Source of the DNA: Octopus sinensis
Taxonomy: Eukaryota
Direction of reading: 5' to 3'
NCBI RefSeq assembly: GCF_006345805.1
Contig: NW_021833307.1
Coordinates: forward strand, 1-58,368
Length of the DNA: 58,368 nt
Under the pieces are notes generated by a model, which was not told the origin of the DNA, did no database searches, and was given only the letters and a program-made list of their open reading frames with translations. Made by a program: the position numbers and the translations under genes. Each line of letters starts with the position of its first letter. Positions within the stretch are counted from its first letter, which is position 1. Shown here piece after piece: positions 1 through 12,517 of the stretch.

Positions 1-903
1 ACAGTCTCCCTTCAGTCATGGGGAATGATTTCCATTAACCAACCATTCAGAAGATTATTTTTAATTATTATTTTAATATGATATTGTACAATATATATCC
101 AGAATAAAAAACCCGACGTTTTTATTTACGACAAATCGACAAATACAATCACAGATGGGTCTGCCCATCACTGTAGTAAACGTGGGCTCTAAAAGAGGAG
201 TTTGATGTAACAATGTAAATTAAATTACAAAACAGAAATTCAAAATAACTTTAAAATATGTAAATCTGACAACTCAATAATTTTCTAATTAAATGCTGTC
301 CAATGTTTTCTTAGCGGCGGACACAAGCGAAACCTTAGGCACTTAAGTCCTTATTGAAACGCAGAGTGCTATAAAAAAATTTATTATGAAAGCTTATTTA
401 TGACAATTTTTCTTTTATCTCCAGTTTTTTCAAAATTTAAATAAGGTGTATTTTGGATACGATACTGTCGAAGACCAATGGAAATCTTTGTATCTATTTG
501 AAAGCATCACTCTTGAGAAAATTTTTTACTAACATCCCAATGTGTAGTGATCTAGTTAATGTTTTGGAGTGATTCCTAAAATATAAGTTTTGAAAGTCCC
601 TGCTCACTATGTGCACGTGGACCAAGAAAGCATGTAGTGGGATTGTTATTAAATCGCAATCATTTTTGATTTTAGTTGACATATAAAGTTCTGTACAAGT
701 CAATTTGGTTAAAAAATGTCTTCACTTTTGGAAAGAATTTTTAGTAGAACCTCAGACTACAGCATTGCGAATAAAGACAGGCAGACAGGTAAATCCTTCG
801 ATATATTGTAGTAGTTAGGTTTGATCGGTTGCATAGCAAAAAATGTCAGTATCCATGCGACGTTAAATAAAATGCTAAAATTTAAATAAATTTGAATTGT
901 GTG

Positions 904-3402
904 ATGGCAACTGTGACTGAAAACAAATCCAAATCCGGGACATCTCGTCCGAGTACTTCTGGAAATAAGGGTAAATCCAAACCAGCCCCTCCAACGGGTC
1001 CAGGAAGCAAAATAAAGTAATCATTCTGTGATTGTAGCGTAGAGCACTGCCCCCCGCATTGGCAGTTCACATTAAACATGCCACTGAGGGTAAAAGACGT
1101 GTTTTCATTAAATACGCCTCTCAAAAAATAAAAGCAATCCCCCCAGAAATACTAAAAAACGAAGAGGCTGGGAATCTTTTTTAACCCCCAGGTTTGCGAC
1201 TACGCCACAGAACTGGACATTTCAAACAACAAATTCAAAAAAATACCAAAAGACATAAACTCGTTGTATACAATGCAAAAAATAGACGCCAAATACAATC
1301 AGTTGGGGGCGATCCCTGGGACCCTATTTCGTCTCAAGGAGTTGCGACAAGTCGACTTGTCCTCCAATTTGATTAAAAAAATCCCGCCAACACTCCCCAA
1401 AGCCACTGGATTGCTCGATTTTGATTTAAGGGAAAATAAAATCAGAGCTCTTCCTGCAGCCATCAACAAAGCCAAATCCATCCTTCGCTTTGACGTCTCG
1501 AATAACATTATCAAGACATTCCGTAAACAAGCATATGAACTAACGGGGTCACTTGACATTTCACGGAATCGTCTCAACGGACTTCCTCCAATCGGAGCAA
1601 AGCAAAAGGCGACGTTGAAAAAACTGGATGCTTCATACAACACCATTTCTAAACTTCCTCAGACGATTGACCGGGTCTCCTTTCTACGTCGACTGGACCT
1701 CTCCAACAACAACATCACCCATGTCCCCGAATCCTTTGGAAATCTGCGTTATTTGAACTATTTAGACATGTCAAATAACGACATTGAAGAGATTCCGAAT
1801 TCAATTTGTCAGCTGAAATATAACCTTGTTGAATTATACTTGTCTAACAACAAAATTTCAAAATTCCCCAAAGATATCGACGAATACAAAAAATTACGAG
1901 TCCTTGATTTGTCAGCAAATCAACTGGTCAAAATACCTCGGAAATTTGCCATGAACCAGTCAATAAAACACGTGAATCTCTCAAAAAACCAACTGGAGGA
2001 CATTTCCCCAGTCACTGATTCTCTCTTAATCCACTTTCTGGACATTTCAGAGAACTGCATCCCGGAAATACCCGAAACAATCAAAAACCTGGTTTACCTG
2101 GAAACACTGCTGGCCTCGCACAACCAAATAAGGTGAGAAAAGTAAGTTGTACTGCAGAGAACTCCCAGATGAGCTACAACAACTCAGTCGGCTTAACAAA
2201 CTGAATATCGCCCACAACCAGATTGAGGCACTACCCGAAAACCTGGGACATCTTCAACTGATAAATTATCTGGACATTAGCAATAATCCAATCACCAGAC
2301 TCTCCGAAAATATTTTTAACGTTGGAGGACTGTTTCTAGTTTAGATCAAGTCCCTCGAATACTTTTATCTCAACAACCTTGAATTACAAGTCATTCCAAA
2401 GTCGATTCAGTCATTTTCCAATTTGAGGGATTTTCATTTGTGCAATAACAAAGTGGAAACGTGCCACATTCCACAAAATGTCAAAAGTCTAAAAATATCA
2501 CACAACCCATTAAAGTGAACTTGGACAGTCAAATTTCCAGGTCTGTCTCCGATGATCCCCGGAACTCATTTTTCACTTTATTGAACAAACGTGAGTTGTT
2601 TGTGTCCCTAACCGTCCTGGAACTGGTCAGCCTAAACATGGACGAACTCCCAAAGGCCATTCCCAACCTCCGACTGTTGGAAGAACTGTACTTTGACGAC
2701 AACAACGTGACACAATTCCCGGAGGTTGACAGTTAAAATAATTCCCAGAACTTTGATAAATTACAAATGATGCGGATTCTCTGCGCTTCGAAGAACAAAC
2801 TCTGTTTTTTGCCATCAAATATGCACAAACTGAGGAATTTGGAGAAACTCGATTTGTCACAAAATTCTTTAACCAAATTTGACGAGAGTCTGACCACTTT
2901 TGAATATTTGGAATATCTCGACCTATCGGAAAATGAAATCCAGAGTTTACCACAGACGTTTGGTTCTCTCAAATTGTTGACATATTTAAATCTATCAAAA
3001 AATAACATCGAATCCTTCCCAAGTGAGGATATCCAAATTCTCGGCTCAGTCAAAAAATTGGACATTTCTGAAAACAGAATTGGAGAGTTGCCAGCAAATC
3101 TTCCTTACCTTTACCGAATGGTCGAGTTGAGGGCTTCTTTCAACTATTTGGAAGGCCTGCCTCCAGCAATTAATTTGATGAAGGGACTTGAAATTTTGCT
3201 GGTCGACGAGAATTATATTGTCACCCTCCCGGAAAACATCTGCAAGACTCCAAATTTAAAAATCCTCGACGTTTCGAACAACAAAATAAAGCAGTGGCCC
3301 AAAGCCTTTGAAAATTTGAAAAAGAAATGCAATTGTATCACCGGCCATCAGACTTCCAATAAACGTAAAAGCACTAGTCCCAAGGAACCTTCGAATAATT
3401 AA
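904..3402 (+). CDS. Multi-exon leucine-rich-repeat protein (SHOC2/LRRC-like tandem LRRs)
   Basis: ORFs 1264-2136, 2147-2344, 2461-2736 and 2767-3402 all carry LxxLxLSxNxI/L repeats. They join through about 24-27 nt introns (e.g. 2133-2157 GT..AG). Upstream exons extend to an ATG at 904 (MATVTENKSK...). Orthologue not identified. Confidence 0.85.
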
Positions 3403-3445
3403 TTAATCATTAATTGCTAACATTAATAAATATAATTAATAAATT

Positions 3446-5858
3446 ATGGGTTGGGAGTCTAGTGGTGCACATGGACTTGACATAAACTCACATTTGTTTA
3501 ATTCCGAGGAATATTTATCCACCATTTTGGCAGTAAAACTTCCAAATCACCATTTAGACAAGTTCTCTTTCAGAAATTAGCCAAATTCAATACAAGACAA
3601 ACAAGCATCTCAGAGAATTGGAGATAAAAATGCAGAATTTGGTCTACGACAACTACAACAAGTTCGTTTCTGCCACAAACGCAGTCAAAAACGTATTCCT
3701 CCACTAAAACCCACCAGATGAAGGCAGGCTTCAACGAAATGATTCCCGAGATATCCCAAATGAGTGTCTGTCTCGACTCCATCACCCACCAGACTGGCCA
3801 CATCCACGAATCAATCTCTTCTGGACGGGAAAAACTCCTGGCTTGTTACAACAATCAAACTTCCCTAAGAAGACTTCAATTGCTTCTCAATTTGCCCACT
3901 AAACTGAGACACTGGGCTAGTCAGGGGGACTACCATACTGCTGTGGAGTACGTCCTTTCTTCAATTTGTAGATTTTATATTCAGACAAGGCGATTCTACC
4001 AGGCACATTCAGCCAATGATACTCTCGCAGTGGCCAGCAAACAGACTGATTTGGTTATAACAGAAATTGCCATTGCTCTCCGTGAATTTGTCACTGGGGG
4101 ATACAAGGATGACTGCAGTGCACGTGATTTGCATAGTACAGTCCTCTTACTTATCAAACTGGGATATTCAGCATTAGAATTGGGAAGGGAATTCATATCT
4201 GGGTAGTGTTCTCTCTCATTTATAGTACTAAACTAACATTTGATCAACAGTTGACGGAGTTGGCAGACGTTTTTCGATTTCCTGAGGTAATGTGGTTATT
4301 TCTACTGGAAGTGTATTGAGACATTTTTTAGTACTGACTGTGTCACGTTTATTCACAACCTTTCAGTGGCTTCTTCCACATTTGAGAACGTTTTTGAACA
4401 ATTTTTTGAGTTTAGTGTATTTCGGAGTATTTAGAAGTGAGAATTTCGGTCAAATGAGGAAGGAAATGTGTGAAATGAATAATCATGTTGTCGGTGACTT
4501 GGTTTCACTTATTGGGCAATCCATTCGACGGTGGGGAGGTTAAATAACGTGGATAGTGAGGACATTGATGACAAACAGGCGATGGATTTGTTAGTGCCTG
4601 TTTTGCGACGTCTGTTCTCTCTCAATCTTGTCATGTCTGGGCATTTCCAACTGTACAAATGTGATGATTATGTTAGTGACACTGATTCGATATTTGTACA
4701 TATTCTGCGTGCTCGAATATCTCTTCATGTTAAAGAATTGACTGAAAATATAGAAAGTAATCATTCTGCTTACCCAAGTCGTGTATCCTTCCACATTGGA
4801 AGTGTCTCCCAAGACTATAATCCGGTTTGTGCGTGATGTGTCCACCAAAATCTCTTTTCTATTAATTAAGGCTCGTTCTTCTTTGAACGTATTTGTTTTT
4901 TGACATTTAGAGGTGTATTTTAAGTCTGATCTTGTCCCTGTGACATTGACTATTGAAGAAGAGGAGTTGGACGTTGGATTTGTGCTGTCGTTTATCAGAT
5001 CAATATCTCAAAGAGAATTTAAGAAGGAAATGAGTGGTGACTTGCAGACTGATCTCACAAATACGTCGGCCTTGATCGTGCATGCTAAACTCTGCACTGT
5101 TTTGGCTGATGAAACAATAAACGAGATTGTACTGTCCCCATTACTACTTAGATTCCCTCCACCAGGCCAGGCCTTGTCCAATCCACCATATCTCACTTGA
5201 GGAAGACTAGTTCTATTACACTCGGCTTGTATGCTCAATTCCTGGGCTGTCGGTTTTCGAAGGTTTGTCTGATTTGGTCATTTAAGCTACTAATGGGGAC
5301 TTTAGACTGCCCAAGTGAGGACAAAGTCAGTTCGGAGATGATGGAGATATGTGGGTGTTTTCGAAGTATATCTGAATTATTGGGAGTCTGTTTCCCCCCT
5401 TCAGATCGGACAAACAGCGAGTCAAGTCTCGTGTCCGCCAGTCGAAGGTGGCGTCCTGATGTGGTCAGGAATGACTCGAAAAGTCTGTTAAAAAATATTC
5501 AACTCCTTTTTGCTGAACGGGCCGAGTTTTACTGTCCATTGGAAGGTGATGCAACTCTTATTTTGAATGGAATTACCAAAATATTTCTCAAAGTTGGTTC
5601 TTTTTAGTATTTCTAGAACTTTGTGGAAAGTATTCGACTTTGCAGGCTTTCTGGAAAGATTGTGAGACAAATTCAGTTGGACGTTCATTACTGTAGTCAG
5701 TTGTCGATTGTTTTTCCACTGAGTTTGTTTTTGTGTGTATTTTTAGGGTTTTGATGTTATTTGACGAGGTTATGAACAGTGCATTGTCACAGTGTTGGGG
5801 GAGTTGTGAATTAAGAGATTTGCCGGTTGGGGATTTGAGGTTATTCTTAGAGTATTGA
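3446..5858 (+). CDS. VPS51: GARP/EARP complex subunit Vps51 (Ang2), multi-exon
   Basis: Spliced N-terminus reads MQNLVYDNYNKFVSATNAVKN|MKAGFNEM, matching the Vps51 motif MQxLVYENYNKFISAT (25-nt introns 3533-3557 and 3693-3717). The C-terminal QIQLDVHY...LFDEVMNSA matches Vps51 C-termini. Internal exon boundaries only partly resolved. Confidence 0.8.
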
Positions 5859-6726
5859 CACGATTCTTCATCATTTGCACTAATATATAATTATTTTTTT
5901 AAGCACACATGGCTTGCCAAGTGGGTCTTGTTGTTGGTCTTAGATTGGATATTTTCTATGTTAGTCATATAAAACGATGATCGAGGAGGTTGTTTGGTCG
6001 CTCGGTTGAGTACGTGATTTATTATTTGAAAGTTTCTGATAAGTGAGAACAGGAAGGCAGTCTTGAATGAATCCATCGTTTACAAACTTAATATGTCTAG
6101 TCAGCTTCTCTAGATTAGGTTCTTTCGTTTTCCTCCACCATCTTTTGTGTTTCATCTCTCACTAATGAGGATATTTTGGCTGTACTTTTGATGTTAAGTT
6201 TATTTTGAAAGGATTAGTGCTATCTGTTCCTACTTAATTTATACTATCTTCCATAGAGTGGGGCTAAAAAGTCATGGAAGGCTTGCATATTTTGACTAAA
6301 TTCATTAATTCAACTCGAAAATAAGATTAAATACTGTAGTTAAAAAAGAAATTAGAATATATAAGACGCTTTAAATTAATTGTTCAAAAGACTTGAGTTA
6401 TTTATACTGCAATAATTAGCGATTTTTCGTAAAAGTCATTTTATAGAAGGAAAAAAGTCATTGAACAAAATCAAATGAATATTGCATTGCTCTTGCTAGT
6501 ATTGCTGCTTTCAATCTTTTTTGTACGGATAAATAAGCTTCTGACATTCAAATAGAGTAATATTTTTTCATTTTCATAGCAAATTTTTTTTCAATTCGTG
6601 AATGTTTTTCGATTTCCTTAAACCAAATTTAATATTTAAAATTTTTATAATGTTTTTGATTGGATTGAGATCTGGTGATTGACTTGGCCATTCCAAAACA
6701 TTTATTTTGTTCCTTAGTAACTATTC

Positions 6727-7196
6727 GCCGGAATCCCCTCCCTGCTTGAACCCACTGGGATCGATCGGGGGGACGGAAAAAGGCCTGACGGATAACTGTG
6801 TTTCCTTTCAACAGGGGAAGCCTCTCACCTGGGATGCCACGTGTGTGGACTCTTTCTCGCCTCAGAACCTGCTGATGTCGGGCTCCGCTCCTGGATCTAT
6901 TGTCACAACCGCGGAATGCAAAAAGATGCGAAGTACTCCTCACTTACGGAGAAGTTCCAATTCCTTCCATTCGCGGTTGAGACTCCGGTTCCTTGGGCAG
7001 TAAGGCAATCAGCTTCGTTCAGGAGATCGGGTCCCGCATGTCTGCCATCACAGGCGACGCCCGCGAATCGAGATGGTTTTTCGAGCGGATATCCCTTGCG
7101 ATAGTACGCTCTAACTCTTTCTCGATCGCGTCGGCTTCCCGCCCTTGAAGCTTTTAATTAATTAACTTGTAGTTATTGGTTGGTTTGTCAAAAAAA
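6727..7196 (+). mobile_element. 5'-truncated CRE-like non-LTR retrotransposon (family A), REL endonuclease tail
   Basis: Frameshifted translation FAGIPSLLEPTG..GKRPDG..GKPLTWDATCVDSF..FAVET..ERISLAIVR. Poly(A) at about 7190-7198. TSD AACTATTC at 6719-6726 and 7197-7204. Confidence 0.85.
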
Positions 7197-7423
7197 AACT
7201 ATTCAACAGTTATTTTTTCTTATGTTTTGGGTCGCTGTCATGTGAAATGTCCATTGTTGTGTCAAATTTAATTTAGCGACCAAGATTTCGCAATATTTAA
7301 GCGAATTCATTATTCCATCTATTACAAATACAGTAGATTTTATTTCTAACGAAAATTCGAATTTATTTATTTTTACACATAAAATCAGTTATTAAAAGTT
7401 TTTTTCCTTTTTTATATTTTGCA

Positions 7424-8131
7424 TTACAGTTCGTAATTTATCCATAATTGGTATATTTGAAGGTGAATTTTGTAGAATAAACTTTTCCATGGTCTCAATT
7501 GCACACATTGCATCACAAAAACCAACTTTCTCTATATCCTCATCATTTTTATTCTCTTGATTCTTATCTTCAAAGGAATCAATGTTCGCAAAAATTCTTC
7601 ATCATTATTGTTGCAAATTTTATAGGTACAATTTTTATTATCATCAGAAACCGGAGAGTCCTTCTTAATAGTACACCTTTTTGATATCTTGCTTTTACGT
7701 TGCTTTACCAATATAAAATAAAAATACTTTCTTAACTGTAATAATTTTCCATGTAAATATTTAGCTGCTGTCGAATAATGGATAGAAATTCCAGTTTCAT
7801 TAAATAGTCTCGCACAAATTTCACTTAGAGTGATGACAGGATTTTCCTCAACATAGTTTATCATTCTCGATATTTCAGTGTCTGTGATTTTTGACCATCT
7901 GAATCCTCCACGTTTTATTAGGTTGTGAAGCATTTCGTATCCATTTATAAGCTGTATTTCGCTTAACTCCATTCGAATCCGCCACAATATGCCAATCTGC
8001 ATCCTCATTTTGATAAGCAGATATAATTCTCATTTTGGCTTCCAAATTTGTTTTATTATATGTTTTACTAACACGAGAAGAAGTATTCATAGTTTTATCA
8101 AAAGTATTCATTCCGAACGGACAAAATCCAT
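7424..8131 (-). pseudogene. IS630/Tc1-like transposase N-terminal HTH fragment fused to an acidic tail (frameshifted copy)
   Basis: ORFs 7875-8111 and 7532-8008 give RIISAYQ..VADSNGVKRNTAYKWIRN and VEENPVITLSEICARL..ISIHYSTAAKYL, typical transposase HTH regions. No DDE domain. Confidence 0.6.
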
Positions 8132-8183
8132 TTATATTTTTTTAGATACGTAATTTTGACATTAACATATTTGAAATTCACAA

Positions 8184-9447
8184 CAATGACTTTTGACATC
8201 TCAGTTCGGATATAAAAAACCACAGTAATGACCTTTGACATCTCAGTTCGGATATTAGAAACACAGTAATGACCTTTGACATCTCAGTTCGGATATTAAA
8301 AACCACAGTAATGACCTTGAATCTCAGTTCGGATATTAGAAACCACAGTAATGACTTTTGACATCTCAGTTCGGATATTAAAAACCACAGTAATGACTTT
8401 TGACATCTCAGTTCGGATATTAGAAACCACAGTAATGACCTTTGACATCTCAGTTCGGATATTAAAAACACAGTAATGACCTTTGACATCTCAGTTCGGA
8501 TATTAGAAACCACAGTAATGACCTTTGACATCTCAGTTCGGATATTAAAAACCACAGTAATGACCTTTGACATCTCAGTTCGGATATCGTAAAGAAAGAA
8601 AAAAGTAAGCAATTGGGTGGCTAAGGGAATTGTCGAGGGCCTGAGGGTCAGCTCAACGATGCCGCGCTGCGTATTGAGTGGCAGTTTCCGCGGAGCACAG
8701 CAACCGAGATTCGCTGGAACAGCCAGCTCGTCTCCCTCCGGTCGTTTGTTTTTGTGGAGATTTTTCTACCAATGGCGGTGAGGAGTTGAGTCGCAGCCTT
8801 TCCGACGATTCCAGAGTTTCGAAGGCGAGGGGGGCAAACTCAAAAGCGTCCGAAATACACCGGTATTTCGTCATCTTTGTCTCTTCAGCCAGCGCACTGG
8901 CGGAACCCGGGTTTGCGACAGTCCTGGGAAGCATTGTCGCCGAAAAAGAGTCGACACACGTGGCATCCCAAACCAGGGACTTGCCTTCCCTAAAAGGAAA
9001 GGTCGTCATCCCGTCGGGACGCTTGCCGTCGCTCCGGGAAAGGCCGACTGGCTCTAGGGTGGAAGGGAAACCAGCCGACTCTAGAGCCCTCCTCACAACG
9101 TCATTCAGATGAGTGTGACGGGGAATTCTCCCGGCACTCTTCCCAGTTCGGATATTAGAAACCACAATAATGACGTTTGACATCTCAGTTCTGATATTAG
9201 AAACCACAGTAATGACCTTGACATCTCAGTTCGGATATTAGAAACAACAATAATGATACAAAATCCGAAAAATACCAGGGCTTGTTAGACGGCTGACGTT
9301 TGACATCTCAGTTCGGATATTAGAAACAACAATAATGATGTTTGACATCTCAGTTCGAATATTGGAAACCACAATAATGACGTTTGACGTCTCAGTCCGG
9401 ATATTAGAAACCACAACAATGACTTTTGACGTCTCAGTCCGGATATT
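8184..9447. repeat. 42-bp minisatellite (GACATCTCAGTTCGGATATTAGAAACCACAGTAATGACCTTT)n, interrupted by a CRE-like insertion
   Basis: About 10 units at 8195-8587 and about 7 units at 9144-9447, with a few 41-bp variants and a short unique interruption near 9265-9295. Confidence 0.95.
8588..9143 (-). mobile_element. 5'-truncated CRE-like retrotransposon (family B) inserted in the minisatellite
   Basis: Translation SAGRIPRHTHLNDVVRRAL..GKRPDGMTTFPFREGKSLVWDATCVDSF..LAFETL. Flanked by CAGTTCGGATAT (8576-8587, 9144-9155). Absent from copy 2. Confidence 0.85.
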
Positions 9448-9449
9448 TG

Positions 9450-9625
9450 ACAGCAAAAAGGTGTAAAGTCATCCGGAGTGTCCTGCTTTGCCACTTGCTA
9501 AATGCTTTTTCAAAGCATTTCGTTACTGTTGTTCTTTTTAATTTCATCCCAGCTTCAATTATCAATTGTATTGCATCAACTTGAAATTCCTGAGTTTTTT
9601 TTATCTTTAGATCATAGGATGACAT
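9450..9625 (-). pseudogene. Possible pogo/Tigger DDE C-terminal remnant
   Basis: Frameshifted reading resembles xxDAIxLIIEAWxxxKxTTVTNCFEKAF; also present at about 34270-34432. Confidence 0.35.
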
Positions 9626-10129
9626 TTAAATAAAAAGTCAGCATGGCTTTAATATAAAAATACAGGATTGACCAATTTCTCATTACCTGATATAATACGG
9701 TATTTTATTCCAAATTAATTCTTAAAAGAATTGCCATTTTTACAATTTTTATGCCATTTGTTGTAGCATTCCATTTGTAATAGTATTCCGAATGACCTTT
9801 TATGCTGAATACATTCATAAAGAGGCATATAAATTAAAAAAACTTTACGGAAATTTTGTTAGAATTCTTATTTTCGGAATAGGATTCATTGATTATGATT
9901 TTGTTTATTGTTTCTATTGGCATGTTTTATACTTTACTCCATTGAAATTTTGTAATGCTTAAAATTTTTTTATAGTTAAAAACTTCGAGCTTTCTTTAAA
10001 AACATTATGTTTTTCGATTGTTTTTTGCGTTATTCTTACGTGAACAAATGAGTCAAAGGTCGAAAACTCGTTTTCGTTAAAAATTGATTTTCTTCCGATT
10101 TGATTAAAATAATTTTCGTTGAATTAAAA

Positions 10130-11280
10130 AACGTACTGTAATTCACCGACGCCTGTTGATGAAAAACAGCCCCACAGCATGATACTTCCTCCCCAGTGCT
10201 TTATGGTAGGTATGGTGCATTTTTGGTTATACGTCTGATTGGATTTAGATGCTCCCTGAGGGTTTCGAATACGCCTGAATTGCGAGATTCAAGAGAGTTA
10301 GTGAACCACATAACGCCACGTTGATATAAGTTCAGTCCGAAAAGTTTTATTTTTAATTCATCCGACCATAAAATATTGTTTATGAATTCATTTTCTTTAT
10401 TTAAAAGATATTTGGCATATTTAAGTCGTGCAGAAATGTTTATTTTCTTTGATAATGGAACACGACGGGTCCTTCGTTTATTGATACCTTCAGTGCGTAG
10501 TGTATAAGTAATTGTATGAATGGATACTAATGCCAATTCTTTTCAAGTACAGTGCACGACAAAAGTAACCGGACAAGCCAAAATTTTCCATTATTTTAAG
10601 TCATTTTAAAACTTTTTTTCACATAAATCACCCTTTGTACATTAATTTACACGAAAAACAATTTTTTACATTTTTAATTTAATCTTTATTCAATTGTACA
10701 TTAAATTTAAAGCATAAATAATTACGAGGTGCGACAAAAGAAACCGGACAGTTAAAAATAATCAAAAATTAGTATCTAGAATTGCCTCTTTTGGCATTAT
10801 ACACTGCGTAGCTTCTATCCTTCATTGATAAAATTAGTTTTTGTATGAACTCTATCGGGATTGATCTCCAAATTTGGATAATTTCCTCTTTTAGGTCATT
10901 GTGACATGTTGGGGTTTTTTCACCTATTTTTTCTTTTCATATATGCCCAGACGTGCTCAATGGGATGAGATCAGGTGACTGGGCGGGCCATGAAATAACT
11001 TTGATTCGGCTTGTCCGGTTACTTTTGTCGTGCACTGTAATTCTTAGTTTTGTACGGACTATTCTTTTCATTAATGAGCAAGAACGTTGAGTTATTTTCT
11101 TTGCACCACCTGATCCAGATCGATTAATGGTAGTTTCGTCTTGTTTCCATTAGGTAATATTCCAACAGTACTCTTTGGTAATATCTGCAATTTAGAAATC
11201 TTTTCATAACTTTTACCTCTTTGGTATGCAGTTACAACTTGTTGTTTTAGGTCCAAATAATGCTCTTTTCTTGTCGCCAT
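10130..11280 (-). mobile_element. Degenerate Tc1-like transposase gene (interrupted by a nested element in this copy)
   Basis: N-terminal HTH (MATRKEHYLDLKQQVV..KSYEKIS..LPKSTV), then RRVPLSKK..RLKYAK..ILWSDE and, after a frameshift, TIKHWGGSIMLWGCFSSTGVG. Confidence 0.8.
10550..11037 (-). mobile_element. Internally deleted Tc1/mariner element (488 bp) with 30-bp TIRs and TA TSD
   Basis: TIR CAGTGCACGACAAAAGTAACCGGACAAGCC at 10550-10579 with a perfect inverse at 11008-11037. TA on both sides and a single TA at the empty site in copy 2 (about 35355). Internal WPAQSPDL.PIEHVW..YAVYNAKRGNSRY* is a Tc1 C-terminus. Confidence 0.92.
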
Positions 11281-11332
11281 GAGTATTTTAATAACGAGCG
11301 AAAATGAAAGTGTATTTATACTAATCAGAATC

Positions 11333-11898
11333 TATGAAACAAAGCCTCCCTCCGGTCATTCGTCTTCAAGGTAATTTTATCATCGAGCATACGCAACAAC
11401 CTCTCGGCCTCCTTATCGACCACGACAGTGGTCTCAAAAGCAAAAGAGACAAATTGGTAAGTGTCAGTAAGGAGTACGTATTTCGATCTCTTTCTCTACT
11501 CCGCAAGTGCGCAAGCGTATCCTGGAGAACATGCTATCTAGAGCAACAGCGTCACGGAAAAAGATTTACCGTCCAAAACGATTGACCTACCTCCCCTGAA
11601 AGGAACGTAGTCATCCCGTCAGGACGTTTCCGTCGTTTCGAAGGAATCCAACCGGTTCCAAAGGGACGGGAATCTGGCGGAATCCAAAACCCTCTTCATG
11701 ACATCATTGAGAAATGCATGGCGCGGTAAACGGCCAGCACTCCTCTTACATAACAGTGTGTGTAACCCGCTTTGTGAGATCATCGAACCACACCGACAAC
11801 GGTGCGGATGGCACATGTCCAATCCCAGTCGCAAACAAAAGCTGATACGGACGGTTTTGTCCCCCAACGGCAGACAATCAGACATCAGTAAGAGAGCA
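11333..11898 (-). mobile_element. CRE-like retrotransposon fragment (family C), truncated at both ends
   Basis: CCHC finger CHPHRCRCGS..LHTLLCKRSAGRLPRH, then frameshifted RPDG and FAFET. Flanked by direct repeat AATCAGAATC (11323-11332, 11899-11908). Confidence 0.8.
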
Positions 11899-12517
11899 AA
11901 TCAGAATCGATTAATCAATTTTATTGAAATTACGACTAATCAATCATTTCGAAAGAAAAAGAAGCGAAATAAAGATAATCATTTATATCTTATTGCGGAA
12001 AAAATTCATATTTCTTTGATAGTCCCATCACTTTTTCCCATATATAATTTGACATTCAATTAAAGTGGAGTTTCAATGATAATTATTTGAAATTCGTGAA
12101 AATAATTAATACATTAATTCTAAAATTTGAATGACAAATAATTCCATTGATAAAAAGAGATTAAAAATAATACACGATTTCATTATACAAGCTATCAAAA
12201 ATGGTAATCAATGATTACTAATCATTCTAAAACATGTCATTAAAAAAGATAGGCGTCCACAACTTATTTTCCCTTTAAGTTCTCGAATTTTAATTTTCAT
12301 TTAGACGTATTACTCTTTTAAAACATACTAAATTAGATGGAATGAATCTAGTTTTAAAGTAATGCGACGTCTGTTTTTCCTTGTATTTCTAAACTCACTC
12401 CTCCTTCGAGGTTCACCATATACAAAATTTAAATCTTAGAAATACAAGAAAAACGATTAAACGGTTCAAAATACAATAAAAATTTACTTAGAACTATGAA
12501 AACTAACAAAGTATAAG

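Noticed and set aside
494-703. 69-aa minus-strand ORF
   Set aside because: No recognisable domain, and I could not build a consistent spliced model.
5891-6155. Small minus-strand ORFs downstream of VPS51
   Set aside because: Possibly a small spliced gene, but there is no motif and the exon structure is ambiguous.
8184-9447. CRISPR array interpretation of the 42-bp repeats
   Set aside because: Units are head-to-tail without unique spacers, there are no cas genes, and the context is eukaryotic.
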